Assembly: GCA_030390025.1 (NCBI GenBank)
Contig: CM059438.1
Coordinates: forward strand, 56,112,001-56,176,000
Length of the DNA stretch: 64,000 nucleotides
Reading direction: 5' to 3'
Source: Squalus acanthias
Lineage: Eukaryota
In this document: piece by piece, positions 1 to 10,694 of the stretch
Layout: each line of letters starts with the position of its first letter
Position numbering within the stretch: the first letter of the stretch is position 1
Position numbers and translations under genes: made by a program
Notes under the pieces: generated by a model
The model's input: only the letters and a program-made list of their open reading frames with translations
Database searches by the model: none
What the model was told of the DNA's origin: nothing

Positions 1-81
1 CAGATTCATGCCAAACTTTGCCACTACTTACAGAATTGCCACAGGTTTTTCTTCGAAAATGACCTACAAACTCTCACACTA

Positions 82-260
82 AAGCAAAATACTGCGGATG
101 CTGGAAATGTGAAATGAAAACAGACAGTGCTTGAAATATTCAGCAGGCCAGGCAGCATCTGTGAGAGAGAAACAGAGTTAACGTTTCAAGTCGATGGGTC
201 TGACGAAAGGTCATCGAGCTGAAGGTTAACTCTGTTTCTTTCTCCACAAACGCTCCTGAT
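82..260. mobile_element. Degraded palindromic Penelope-like (PLE) terminal fragment with degenerate hammerhead ribozyme core
   Basis: Imperfect inverted repeat (GAGAGAAACAGAGTTAACGTTTCA ~165-188 vs TGAAGGTTAACTCTGTTTCTTTCTC ~220-244) around CTGACGA at 200-206; clearly homologous to the better copy at 7645-7852. Confidence 0.7.
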
Positions 261-349
261 CATCTGATCGGAAGCGATAATGTTTGATCAATGTCAGAGG
301 TTCTATGGCAACTGTTGCACACTAGGGACATATGGTCACAAGGAATTGA

Positions 350-490
350 TGAAAACTGGACACAATGTTCTAACTGCAGCCTATCTAATGACCTACAGAT
401 GCATCATTACCTCTCTGCTTTTGTACTCAGTGCCCCTGTATATAAAACCCAGGATCTCATATTCTTTACAGCTTTATCAACTTGCTCCCC
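350..490 (-). mobile_element. Old CR1 LINE ORF2 fragment
   Basis: Aligns by eye with 2660-2800 of the CR1 copy (GAAAACTGGACACAATGTTCTAACTG vs CAGAACTGCACGCAGTACTCTAGCTG; CTTTATCAACTTG vs CCTTATCTACTTG). Confidence 0.6.
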
Positions 491-2130
491 TTTTTTTAAT
501 CATTTGTGTATCGGAAGCCCTGAGTCTCTCTGCTCCCGACTCCCTTCAGTTTCACCATTTAGTGTCTTCGTCCTTTCCTTATTCACCAGTGGCTTCAGGG
601 CCAGAGCTGGAGGCAGGGTTAGTAATATGTTGCGTGCGGGCTTTTTGTTGCTGGAACGCTGGCTGACTGATACATTAGAGAGGGACAGGACTCTCAGTTT
701 TGCCTTCTGCTCAGCAGCCAGGGCAGGGCTGTTAGACTCACTTACAAACAGAGTTAAATCAGAGGGCATTCCAGGGGTCAAGGCAGCACGAACCCAGACC
801 CTCTGACCCAGAGTTTCACGGGATAGAGGGGAGGGGAAGCCCAACAGCTGGATGTGGCAGGTTTAAAAGGCTTTTCAGTGTAGCCCAGTTTAACTGAACA
901 GATTGGGTAGGTTACAATCAGTTACACTAACAACCCCACTGCACGCGAGTCTCTTCCAATCCCTACCTTTTTTCCAGGAACTTCCTATTCCGAAGATGCC
1001 ATTTTTCCCAAACATCATCACTCAGGGAGCTGTTTCCAGTGAGCCTGCTGCTGTTCCACTTCAGACTCCAGCTCTCCCCGCACACACACCCATGTCTGCC
1101 GGCAAAATCCTCCCACTGTAAAAACGGATATATTCCTGTCACTCTCTGGCTGGATTAAGCTGGTAATGAAGGAAGGAAGCTGGGTGTGAGCATAGCTGGG
1201 TCACTGGCTGCACTTCCCACAGCTCGAGGCAGACATCCAGCAACCACTTGTGAAGGGAACAGCTCCCTTCCTGATAAAGCCAGGGGGTGGGGAGGAGGAG
1301 GAGAGAACAAGTACCTCGGCTAATCAGCACTCCACTCAAACCCACAACAGGACTGGGGAGGCTCCGGCAGCCACTCGCAGCTGTGCTGTGGAGAGGAGGC
1401 TGAAAGCTGAAGACTTGCGCTCGTTTAATAAAGTCTGAAATAAATAAAAACACTCCTTTTTCATTGTGGCAAATCTCTCCACTGGAAGGTAGGTGTTTGA
1501 AAGCTGCTTTTCTGGGTTGCAGGACACATCTGTATCCTTGTCTCTTGTTTTCAGCTTCTCTCCAGGTGCAATAAACAGTCCTGGAATTGTCCCACTCAGG
1601 CCCCTGTATACTCGCTGCAGCTTCTTGGCAGGCACTGAAAGCCCCTTGTTGTACCTTTTAATATTTCAGATAATGAGTAACTTCTCAACCATTGCAGTGT
1701 CCCCAGTGAACACACAGCAAGTGCTGAGAGAGCCGGGAAGGAATGTACTTCTTCAGGCTGATGAGGCTGGCGGCTGGTATGTGATCTTAGTTAAATATTT
1801 CCCCAAATGCTTTTATGACAGTCTTGTGCAAAGGCTGGATTTGTGAAGTCAGCTCTTTCAAGTAGTTATCCTGCAAAAGTTGCTGATCCGACTGCTTGTG
1901 TTGTCCTGCAGTCCGTCTCCAGAACTCTTGGGTTTGGCGAGGGCTGAACTCGAGCTGCTCTAGTTTTACACTTCTTTACAATACCAGGACGCCATGGCTC
2001 CCCAGACACTCCGAGGGCACTAACTCGGGTCGCCAATTCTGGTTGAAGATATTCCTGGAGGTTTCATCACATGGTCTCCCACCTCAACAGCCTCGTCCAA
2101 TCAAACAGCCTGCTTGTCAACATCTCCAAT

Positions 2131-4168
2131 AATAGAGAATCATAGAAAGTTACAGCACGGAAGGAGGCCATTTCGGCCCATCGTGTCCGCGCCGGCCAAC
2201 AAAGAGCTATCCAGCCTAATCCCACTTCCCAGCTCTCGGTCCGTAGCCCTGCAGGTTACAGCATCCCAAGTGCACATCCAAGTACTTTTTAAATGTGGTT
2301 AGGGTTCCTGCCTCTACCACCCTTTCAGACACTGAGTTCCAGACCCCCACAACCCTCTGGGTGAAGAAATTTCCCCTCAAATCCCCACTAAACCTTCCCC
2401 CAATTACTTTAAATCTGTGCCCCCTGGTTATTGACCCCTCTGCTAATGGAAATTGGTCCTTTCTATCCACTTTATCTATGCCCCTCATAATTTTATACAC
2501 CTCAATAAGGTCTCTCCTCAGCCTCCTCTGTTCCAAGGAAAACAGACCCAGCCTATCCAGTCTTTCCTCATAGCAAAGATTCTCTACTCCCGGCAACATC
2601 CTTGTAAATCTCCCCTGTACCCTCTCCAGTGCAATCACATCTTTCTTGTAATGTGGTGACCAGAACTGCACGCAGTACTCTAGCTGAGGCCTAACTAGTG
2701 TTTTATACAGTTGAAGCATAACCCCCCCTGCTCTTGTATTCTATGCCACGGCTAATAAAGGCAAGCATTCTGTATGCCTTCTTAACCACCTTATCTACTT
2801 GGCCTGCTACCTGCAGGGATCTGTGGACATGCACTCCAAGGTCCCTTTGTTCCTCTACACTACTCAGTGTCCTACCATTTAATGTGTGTTCCCTTTCCTT
2901 GTTAGCCCTCCCCAAATGCATTACCTCACACTTCTCCGGATTGAATTCCATTTGCCACTGTTCTGCCCACCTGATTTATTGATATCTTCCTGCAGTCTAC
3001 AGCTTCCTTCTTCAGTATCAACTACACAGCCGATTTTAGTATCATCTGCAAACTTCTTAATCTTACCCCCTATATTCAAGTCAAGATCGTTGATATATAC
3101 CACAAAAAGCAAGGGACCTAGTACTGAGCCCTGCGGAACCCCACTGGAAACAGCCTTCCAGTCACAAAAACACCCATCCACCATTACCCTCTGCTTCCTG
3201 CCTCCGAGCCAGTTTTGAATCCAGCTTGACACTTTGCCCTGGATCCCATGGGCTTTTATCTTCATGACCAGCCTTCCATGTGGAACCTTATCAAAAGCCT
3301 TGGCTAAAGTCCATATAAACTACATCAAACGCACTACCCTCATCTACCCTCCTTGTTACCTCCTCAAAAAATTCAATCAAATTTGTCAGACACGACCTTC
3401 CCTTAACAAATCCGTGCTGACTATCCTTGATTAATCTGTGCCTTTCTAAATGAAGATTTATCCTGTCCTTCAGAATTCTTTCCAATAATTTTCCCACCAC
3501 CGAGGTTAGGCTGGCTGGCCTGTAATTACTCGGTCCATCCTTTTCTCCCTTTTTAAACAAGGGTACCACATTAGCAGTCCTCCGGCACCACACCTGAAGC
3601 CAGAAAGGATTGAAATATGATGGTCAGGGCCTCTGCTATTTCCTCTTTTGCTTCGCTTAACAGCCTGGGATACATTTCATCCGGGCCTGGGGATTTATCC
3701 ACTTTTAAAGCTGCTAAACCCCTTAATACTTCCTCTCTCACTATGTTTATTTCATCTAATATTTCACACGCCTCCCCCCGATAGCAATGTCTGCTTCGCC
3801 CCTCCCCTTTGTGAAAACAGGCGCAAAGTATTCATTAAGAACCCTACCGACGTCTCCCGCCTCCACACACAGATTACCCTCATGATCTCTAATAGGCCCT
3901 ACCCTTTCTTTAGTTATCCTCTTACTCTTAATATATTTATAAAACATCTTTGGGTTTTCCTTGATTTTACTTGCCAAGAATTTTTCATGCTCTCTCTTTG
4001 CTTTCCTAATATCCTTTTTAATTGCACCCCTGCACTTTCTGTACTCCTCTAAAGATTCTGGAGTATTTAGCCCTCGGTATCTGTCATACGCCTCCCTTTT
4101 TTTCTTTATCCTACCCTGTTTGTCTCTAGACATCCAGGGGGCTCTAGATTTGTTAGTCCCACCTTTTT
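2131..4168 (-). mobile_element. 5'-truncated CR1 LINE with frameshifted ORF2 (RT and C-terminal domain)
   Basis: ORF pieces 3756-4133, 3291-3593 (NYRPASLTSVVGKLLE, SQHGFVKGRSCLTNL), 2921-3265 (GVPQGSVLGP, KFADDTK), 2703-2951 and 2216-2719 (LVRPQLEYCVQFWSP...GYGPRAGKWD) lie in shifting frames; 3'UTR and short CATAGA-type tail at ~2131-2200. Confidence 0.95.
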
Positions 4169-4316
4169 AATGTTAGAACTAATAAACAGAAGTGTTGAAA
4201 GAATGTCACAATAGCATGTTTAATGCCCCTGTGATGTTTGCACTGCTGGATTACTGACCGAGTCCAGGAGATGAATCGCTAACTCCTGGAGACTCCAGCA
4301 CAATCCAGGAGGGTTG

Positions 4317-5994
4317 GCGATTCCAGCAGGAGCGACTCCAGCAGGAGCGACTCCAGCAGGAGCGACTCCAGCACGAGCGATTCCAGCAGGAGTGACTCCA
4401 GCACGAACGATTCCAGCACGAGCAATTCCAGCACGAGCGACTCCAGCACGAGCGACTCCAGCAGGAGCGACTCCAGCAGGAGCGACTCCAGCACGAGCGA
4501 CTCCAGCATGAGCAATTCCAGCACGAGCGACTCCAGCACGAACGACTCCAGCAGGAGCGACTCCAGCAGGAGCGACTCCAGCAGGAGCGATTCCAGCACG
4601 AGCGACTCCAGCACGAGCGATTCCAGCAGGAGCGATTCCAGCAGGAGCAACTCCAGCACGAGCGACTCCAGCACGAGCGACTCCAGCACGAGCGATTCCA
4701 GCAGGAGCGACTCCAGCAGGAGCGATTCCAGCACGAGCGACTCTAGCACGAGCGATTCCAGCAGGAGCGACTCCAGCAGGAGCGATTCCAGCAGGAGCGA
4801 CTCCAGCACGAGCGACTCCAGCACGAGCGATTCCAGCAGGAGCGACTCCAGCAGGTGCGATTCCAGCACGAGCGATTCCAGCATGAGCGATTCCAGCAGG
4901 AGCGATTCGAGCACGAGCGACTCCAGCAGGAGCGATTCCAGCAGGAGCGATTCCAGCACGAGCGACTCCAGCACGAGCGATTCCAGCACGAGCGATTCCA
5001 GCACGAGCGACTCCAGCACGAGCGACTCCAGCAGGAGCGATTCCAGCACGAGCGATTCCAGCACGAGTGACTCCAGCAGGAGCGATTCCAGCAGGAGCGA
5101 TTCCAGCAGGAGCGATTCCAGCATAAGCAACTCCAGCACGAGCGACTCCAGCACGAGCGACTCCAGCACGAGCGATTCCAGCAGGAGCGATTCCAGCATG
5201 AGCGACTCCAGCACGAGCGACTCCAGCACGAGCGACTCCAGCACGAGTGACTCCAGCAGGAGCGATTCTAGCACGAGCGACTCCAGCACGAGCGACTCCA
5301 GCACGAGCGATTACAGCAGGAGCGACTCCAGCACAAGCGACTCCAGCAGGAGCGATTCCAGCACGAGCGACTCCAGCACGAGCGACTCCAGCACGAGCGA
5401 CTCCAGCACGAGCAATTCCAGCAGAAGCGATTCCAGCAGGAGCGATTCCAGCAGGAGCGATTCCAGCAGGAGCGATTTCAGCACGAGCGACTCCAGCACG
5501 AGCGACTCCAGCACGAGTGACTCCAGCAGGAGCTATTCTAGCACGAGCGACTCCAGCACGAGCGACTCCAGCACGAGCGATTCCAGCAGGAGCGACTCCA
5601 GCACAAGCGACTCCAGCAGGAGCGATTCCAGCACGAGCGACTCCAGCACGAGCGACTCCAGCACGAGCGACTCCAGCACGAGCGATTCCAGCAGGAGCGA
5701 TTCCAGCAGGAGCGATTCCAGCACGAGCGATTCCAGCACGAGCAATTCCAGCACGAGCGACTCCAGCACGAGCGACTCCAGCAGGAGCGATTCCAGCACG
5801 AGTGACTCCAGCAGGAGCGACTCCAGCAGGAGCGACTCCAGCACGAGCGACTCCAGCACGAGCGACTCCAGCACGAGCGATTCCAGCAGGAGCGACTCCA
5901 GCAGGAGCGACTCCAGCAGGGGCGACTCCAGCAGGAGCGATTCCAGCAGGAGCGACTCCAGCAGGAGCGATTCCAGCACGAGCGATTCCAGCAC
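4317..5994. repeat. 15-bp minisatellite GAGCGA(C/T)TCCAGCA(C/G), ~110 copies
   Basis: Direct reading; two biallelic positions per unit plus CpG-decay variants. Confidence 0.98.
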
Positions 5995-6127
5995 TGTTTC
6001 TCATTGCACTCATGGATTCCACTGATGCTGGCCAAATCCAGTCGAGCTTCTCCCAGCACTGGCCACCCTCCACTGCCACTAGCTGCCACTAGCACACATG
6101 CTGCTGGTGCGGGCCAGCTGGTGAAAC

Positions 6128-6283
6128 GGCTTTAAAAGGGAATTGGATATTTCCCTGAAATGCAAAAATTCACAGGTCTATGGGGAAAGGGCAGGGAGTG
6201 GGACGAATTGGAGAGCTCTTTCAAAGAGCCGGCACAGGCACGATGGGCCGAATGGCCTCCTTCCATGCTGTATGATTCTATGA
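6128..6283 (+). mobile_element. CR1 LINE 3' end (ORF2 terminus, 3'UTR, tail)
   Basis: TTTAAAAGGGAATTGGATAT...GGTCTATGGGGAAAGGGCAGGGAGTGGGAC...GATGGGCCGAATGGCCTCCTTCC ending in TATGATTCTATGA; reverse-complement similar to 2140-2290. Confidence 0.88.
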
Positions 6284-6289
6284 ACTGGC

Positions 6290-6796
6290 AGTGTTTGATG
6301 GGGACAGTGTAGCGGGAGCTTTACTCTGTATCTAACCCATGCTGTACCTGCCCCAGGAGTGTTTGATGGGACCGAGTCGAGGGAGCTTTACTCTGTATCT
6401 AACCCGTCCTGTACCTGCCCTGGGAGTGTTTGATGGGACAGTGTAGAGGGAGCTTTACTCTGTATCTAACCCATGCTGTACCTGCCCCAGGAGTGTTTGA
6501 TGGGACCGAGTCGAGGGAGCTTTACTCTGTATCTAACCCGTCCTGTACCTGCCCTGGGAGTGTTTGATGGGACAGTGTAGAGGGAGCTTTACTCTGTATC
6601 TAACCCGTGCTGTATCTGCCCTGGGAGTGTTTGATGGGACAGTGTTGAGGGAGCTTTACTCTGTATCTAACCCCGTGCTGTACCTGCCCTGGGAGTGTTT
6701 GATGGGACAGTGTAGAGGGTGCTTTACTCTGTATCTAACCCCGTGCTGTACCTGCCCTGGGAGTGTTTGATGGGACAGTGTAGAGGGAGCTTTACG
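6290..6796. repeat. 67-68-bp tandem repeat, ~7.5 copies
   Basis: Unit GTGTTTGATGGGACAGTGTAGAGGGAGCTTTACTCTGTATCTAACCCGTGCTGTACCTGCCCTGGGA starts at 6291, 6359, 6426, 6493, 6560, 6627, 6695, 6763. Confidence 0.97.
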
Positions 6797-6953
6797 CTGA
6801 AATGAGCTTCCGACCACATATCCGCAGCATAACTAAGACCGCCTATTTCCACCTCCGTAACATCGCCCGTCTCCGCCCTTGCCTCAGCTCATAAGCTGCT
6901 GAAACATCATCCATGCCTTTGTTACCTCTAGACTTGACTATTCCAACACACTC
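6797..6953 (+). mobile_element. L2-clade LINE ORF2 fragment, 5' half (split by CR1 insertion)
   Basis: Translates to EMSFRPHIRSITKTAYFHLRNIARLRPCLS...HAFVTSRLDYSNTL, the typical L2 post-RT motif; continues at 7998. Confidence 0.9.
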
Positions 6954-7997
6954 ATAAGAACATAAGAACTAGCAGCAGGAATAGGCCACTTGGCCCCTCG
7001 AGCCTGCTCCGCCATTCAATAAGATCATGGCTGATCTTGGGCTCAAAGCCACTTCCCCGCCCGCTTCCCATAACCCTTCACTCCCTTTTCTTGCAAAAAT
7101 TTGTCTATCTCCACCTTAAATGTATTTAATGACCCAGCCTCCACAGCTCTCTGGGGCAGAGAATTCCACAGATTTACGACCCTCTGAGAGAAGAAGTTCC
7201 TCCTCATCTCAGTTCTAAAAGGGCGACCCTTTATTCTGAAACTGTGCCCCCGCGTTCAAGATTTCCCCATGAGGGGAAACATCCTCTCTGCATCTACCTT
7301 GTCGAGCCCCCTCAGTATCTTATATGTTTCAATAAGATCACCTCTCATTCTTCTAAATTCCAATGAGTATAGGCCCAGCCTGCTCAACCTTTCCTCATAA
7401 GCCAACCCCCTCATCTCTGGAATTAACCTGGTGAATCGTCTCTGAACTGCCTCCAATGCAAGTATATCCTTCCTTAAATAAGGAGACCAAAACTGTACGC
7501 AGTACTCCAGGTGTGGTCTCACCAATACCTTGTACAGTTGTAGCAGGACTTCCCTGCTTTTATACCCCAACCCCTTTGAAATAAAGGCCAACATTCCATT
7601 TGCCTTTTTGATTACTTGCAGTACCTGCATGCTAACTTTTTGTGATAGCAAAATACTGCAGATGCTGGAAATCCGAAATAACAACAGAAAACGCTGGAAA
7701 AACTCAGCAGGCCAGGCAGCATCCGTGGAGAGAGAAACAGAATTAACGTTTCAGGTCTGACGAAAGGACTTCGACCTGAAACGTTAACTCTGTTTCTCTC
7801 TCCACGGATGCTGCCTGGCCTGTTGAGTTTTTCCAGCGTTTTCTGTTGTTATTGCTAACTTTTTGTGTTTCATGCACAAGGACCCCCAGGTCCCTCTGAA
7901 CTGTAGCATTTTGTAATCTCTCTCCATTTAAATAATAATTTGCTTTTTTATTTTTCCTGCCAAACTGTATAACCTCGCACTTTCTCACATTATACTC
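6954..7997 (-). mobile_element. 5'-truncated CR1 LINE inserted in L2, itself interrupted at 7645-7852
   Basis: Tail ATAAGAACATAAGAAC at 6954; ORF2 C-terminus (VIKKANGMLAFI...LVRPHLEYCVQFWSPYLRKD, KCEVIQFGRKN); ACTC microhomology at both junctions. Confidence 0.93.
7645..7852. mobile_element. Palindromic Penelope-like terminal fragment with minimal hammerhead ribozyme core and 14-15-bp TSD
   Basis: 81-bp inverted arms 7677-7757 / 7773-7853 (2 mismatches); CTGACGA-AAGG-ACTTCGA-CCT-GAAACGTTA at 7757-7786; flanking direct repeat TGCTAACTTTTTGTG at 7630-7644 and 7853-7867. Confidence 0.85.
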
Positions 7998-8527
7998 CTG
8001 GCTGGCCTCCCACATTCCACCCTACGTAAACTTGAGGTCATCCAAAACTCAGCTGCCCGTGTCCTAACTCGCACCAAGTCCCATTCGCCCATCACCCCTG
8101 TGCTCGCTGACCTACACTGGCTCCCGGATAAGCAACGCCTCAAATTCAAAATTCTCATCCTTGTTTTGAAATCCCTCCATGGCCTCGCCCCTCCCTATCT
8201 CTGTAATCTCCAACAGCCCCACAACCCCCCCCGAGATATCTGCGCTCCTCTAATTCTGCCCTCTTGAGGATCCCTGATTATAATCGCTCCACCATTGGTG
8301 GCCGTGCCTTCTGTTGCCTGGGCCCTAAGCTCTGGAATTCCCTCCCTAAACCTCTCCGCTTCTCTACCTCTCTTTCCTCCTTTAAGACGCTCCTTAAAAC
8401 CTACCTCTTTGACCAAGCTTTTGATCATCTGCCCTAATTTCTCCTTATGTGGATCGGTGTCAAATTTTTTTGTCTTATAATACTCCTGTGAAGCACCTTG
8501 GGAGGTTTTACTACGTTAAAGGCGCCA
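7998..8527 (+). mobile_element. L2-clade LINE ORF2 C-terminus and 3' end, 3' half
   Basis: LAGLPHSTLRKLEVIQNSAARVLTRTKSHSPITPVLADLHWLP continues the 6797-6953 frame; 3' end TGTGAAGCACCTTGGGAGGTTTTACTACGTTAAAGGCGC. Confidence 0.92.
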
Positions 8528-8879
8528 TGGTCTGTGTGCCAGCTCACATCTGGCCACTCTCTGCCCAGCGCCATTCATACAAAAAAAATCCTGCCATTAA
8601 TGGGGAGGTTCCTACCTCTGCATACTGCAGGCAGGAATTCTCACAGGAACAGTGTGAGCAGCAGCAGCAGGAATCACTTTTCATTCCTTCAGGGATTGGG
8701 ACAGAGCAACACTAAGAGGAGAGAGGAGGGGGAATGGAGGGGAAAGGAAATGGGAATGGAGGAGACAGTGAGGTGGAAAGCAATGGCAATGAGGCGGTGA
8801 GGGAAAGGGAGAAATGGATGGGATGGGAAGAGGGATGGAGGTGAGGCAAATGGGAGAGAAAAAGGGGAATGGATAGAAG

Positions 8880-9850
8880 AGGGAGAGGGAATGGATGGGA
8901 GAGGGAGAGGGAATGGATGGGAGAGGGAGAGGGTGGATGGGAGAGGGAGAGGGAATGGATGGGAGAGGGAGAGGGAATGGATGGGAGAGGGAGAGGGAAT
9001 GGATGGGAGAGGGAGAGGGTGGATGGGAGAGGGAGAGGGTGGATGGGAGAGGGAGAGGGTGGATGGGAGAGGGAGAGGGTGGATGGGAGAGGGAGAGGGT
9101 GGATGGGAGAGGGAGAGGGTGGATGGGAGAGGGAGAGGGAATGGATGGGAGAGGGAGAGGGTGGATGGGAGAGGGAGAGGGTGGATGGGAGAGGGAGAGG
9201 GTGGATGGGAGAGGGAGAGGGAATGGATGGGAGAGGGAGAGGGAATGGATGGGAGAGGGAGAGGGTGGATGGGAGAGGGAGAGGGTGGATGGGAGAGGGA
9301 GAGGGTGGATGGGAGAGGGAGAGGGTGGATGGGAGAGGGAGAGGGTGGATGGGAGAGGGAGAGGGTGGATGGGAGAGGGAGAGGGAATGGATGGGAGAGG
9401 GAGAGGGAATGGATGGGAGAGGGAGAGGGTGGATGGGAGAGGGAGAGGGTGGATGGGAGAGGGAGAGGGTGGATGGGAGAGGGAGAGGGTGGATGGGAGA
9501 GGGAGAGGGTGGATGGGAGAGGGAGAGGGTGGATGGGAGAGGGAGAGGGAATGGATGGGAGAGGGAGAGGGAATGGATGGGAGAGGGAGAGGGTGGATGG
9601 GAGAGGGAGAGGGTGGATGGGAGAGGGAGAGGGTGGATGGGAGAGGGAGAGGGAATGGATGGGAGAGGGAGAGGGAATGGATGGGAGAGGGAGAGGGTGG
9701 ATGGGAGAGGGAGAGGGAATGGATGGGAGAGGGAGAGGGTGGATGGGAGAGGGAGAGGGAATGGATGGGAGAGGGAGAGGGTGGATGGGAGAGGGAGAGG
9801 GAATGGATGGGAGAGGGAGAGGGTGGATGGGAGAGGGAGAGGGAATGGAT
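8880..9850. repeat. Purine-rich minisatellite of mixed 20-bp (GGATGGGAGAGGGAGAGGGT) and 22-bp (…GGGAAT) units, with degenerate GA-rich flanks (~8715-9930)
   Basis: Direct reading. Confidence 0.97.
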
Positions 9851-10163
9851 AGGCAACACGGGGGAAATGGATGGGAATGAAAGGAGGAGGGGAGAAATGG
9901 ATGGGAATGGAGGGGAGGTGGAAGGGCAGAAACTGGGAATGTTCTGTTGTGAGGGAAGTGCACAGAATTAACTGAGGGTGGTGGAAGAGAAGATTGACAG
10001 ATATTTTCCAATCAGTTCTTTCTTAACCAGAAATATTTGGTGAAATTCAGCCTCAAAGGGGTTAAAATCGTGCATTTTTAGCCAGCTTTAGTAAACAGCA
10101 AGAATTATGGGAATGTGCAATGTTTGGTGAATTACAGGAACAAGGAAATATCCTGGGCTTTAC

Positions 10164-10262
10164 CTTGGAAATGATTCAATGTTTTCCGGTCCGGAATGCA
10201 AACAATCACTGCTGCTCAACCCTGCTCCATTTCTGACTTGTCTGATCTCTGCTTGATTCGCT
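10164..10262 (-). other. Candidate 99-bp internal exon
   Basis: Minus strand ...TTTTAAAAG|AGCGAATC...TTTCCAAG|GTAAAG; 99 nt, one open frame (ANQAEIRQVRNGAGLSSSDCLHSGPENIESFP); weak polypyrimidine tract and no recognised homology. Confidence 0.2.
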
Positions 10263-10694
10263 CTTTTAAAATAGGCTGTTAATGATTGGATTGTGAATGT
10301 AAAAGTTTGAAGTTTGAATGTAACTCACAGCTTTGATGACCTCAGACAGAATTTTTTTAATTGAGAGCTAAGGTGGAAAACCTTGGATCAGGAGAGCAGC
10401 GAGGGTGGAGAGGGAAAGGGAGATGAGTTCAATCATGAATGAAGGATGTAGTTGCACCAAGTTTAAAGATTGTAGGAGCAATGACGGGAGGGAGCGGAGG
10501 AGTTCCATTGTTTTGAGGTCCGAACAAAGCATGGTGGCTGTAGAAGGCACAATGAAGTAAACACAGTCGGCTGGGCATTTGCAGTTATGGGGAAAAATGG
10601 CGAAATTTCAGCAGAGCACAGTCTTGTTGGGAAAAAGAGACAAGAAAGATTGTGATTGAGTGGAAGAAGTTGGAAGCCACTATCTCAAGCCCAC

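Noticed and set aside
4220..6095. 619-aa GIAPA/GVARA and LLES-repeat ORFs as genes
   Set aside because: The 15-bp unit is stop-free in most frames and there is no independent evidence of coding; kept only as a low-interest note.
8681..10011. Pro/Ser-rich and Gly/Glu/Arg-rich ORFs
   Set aside because: Stop-free by composition of the GA-rich minisatellite; open in nearly all frames.
10368..10550. Possible old LINE fragment or 60-aa ORF
   Set aside because: Too degraded to assign by eye.
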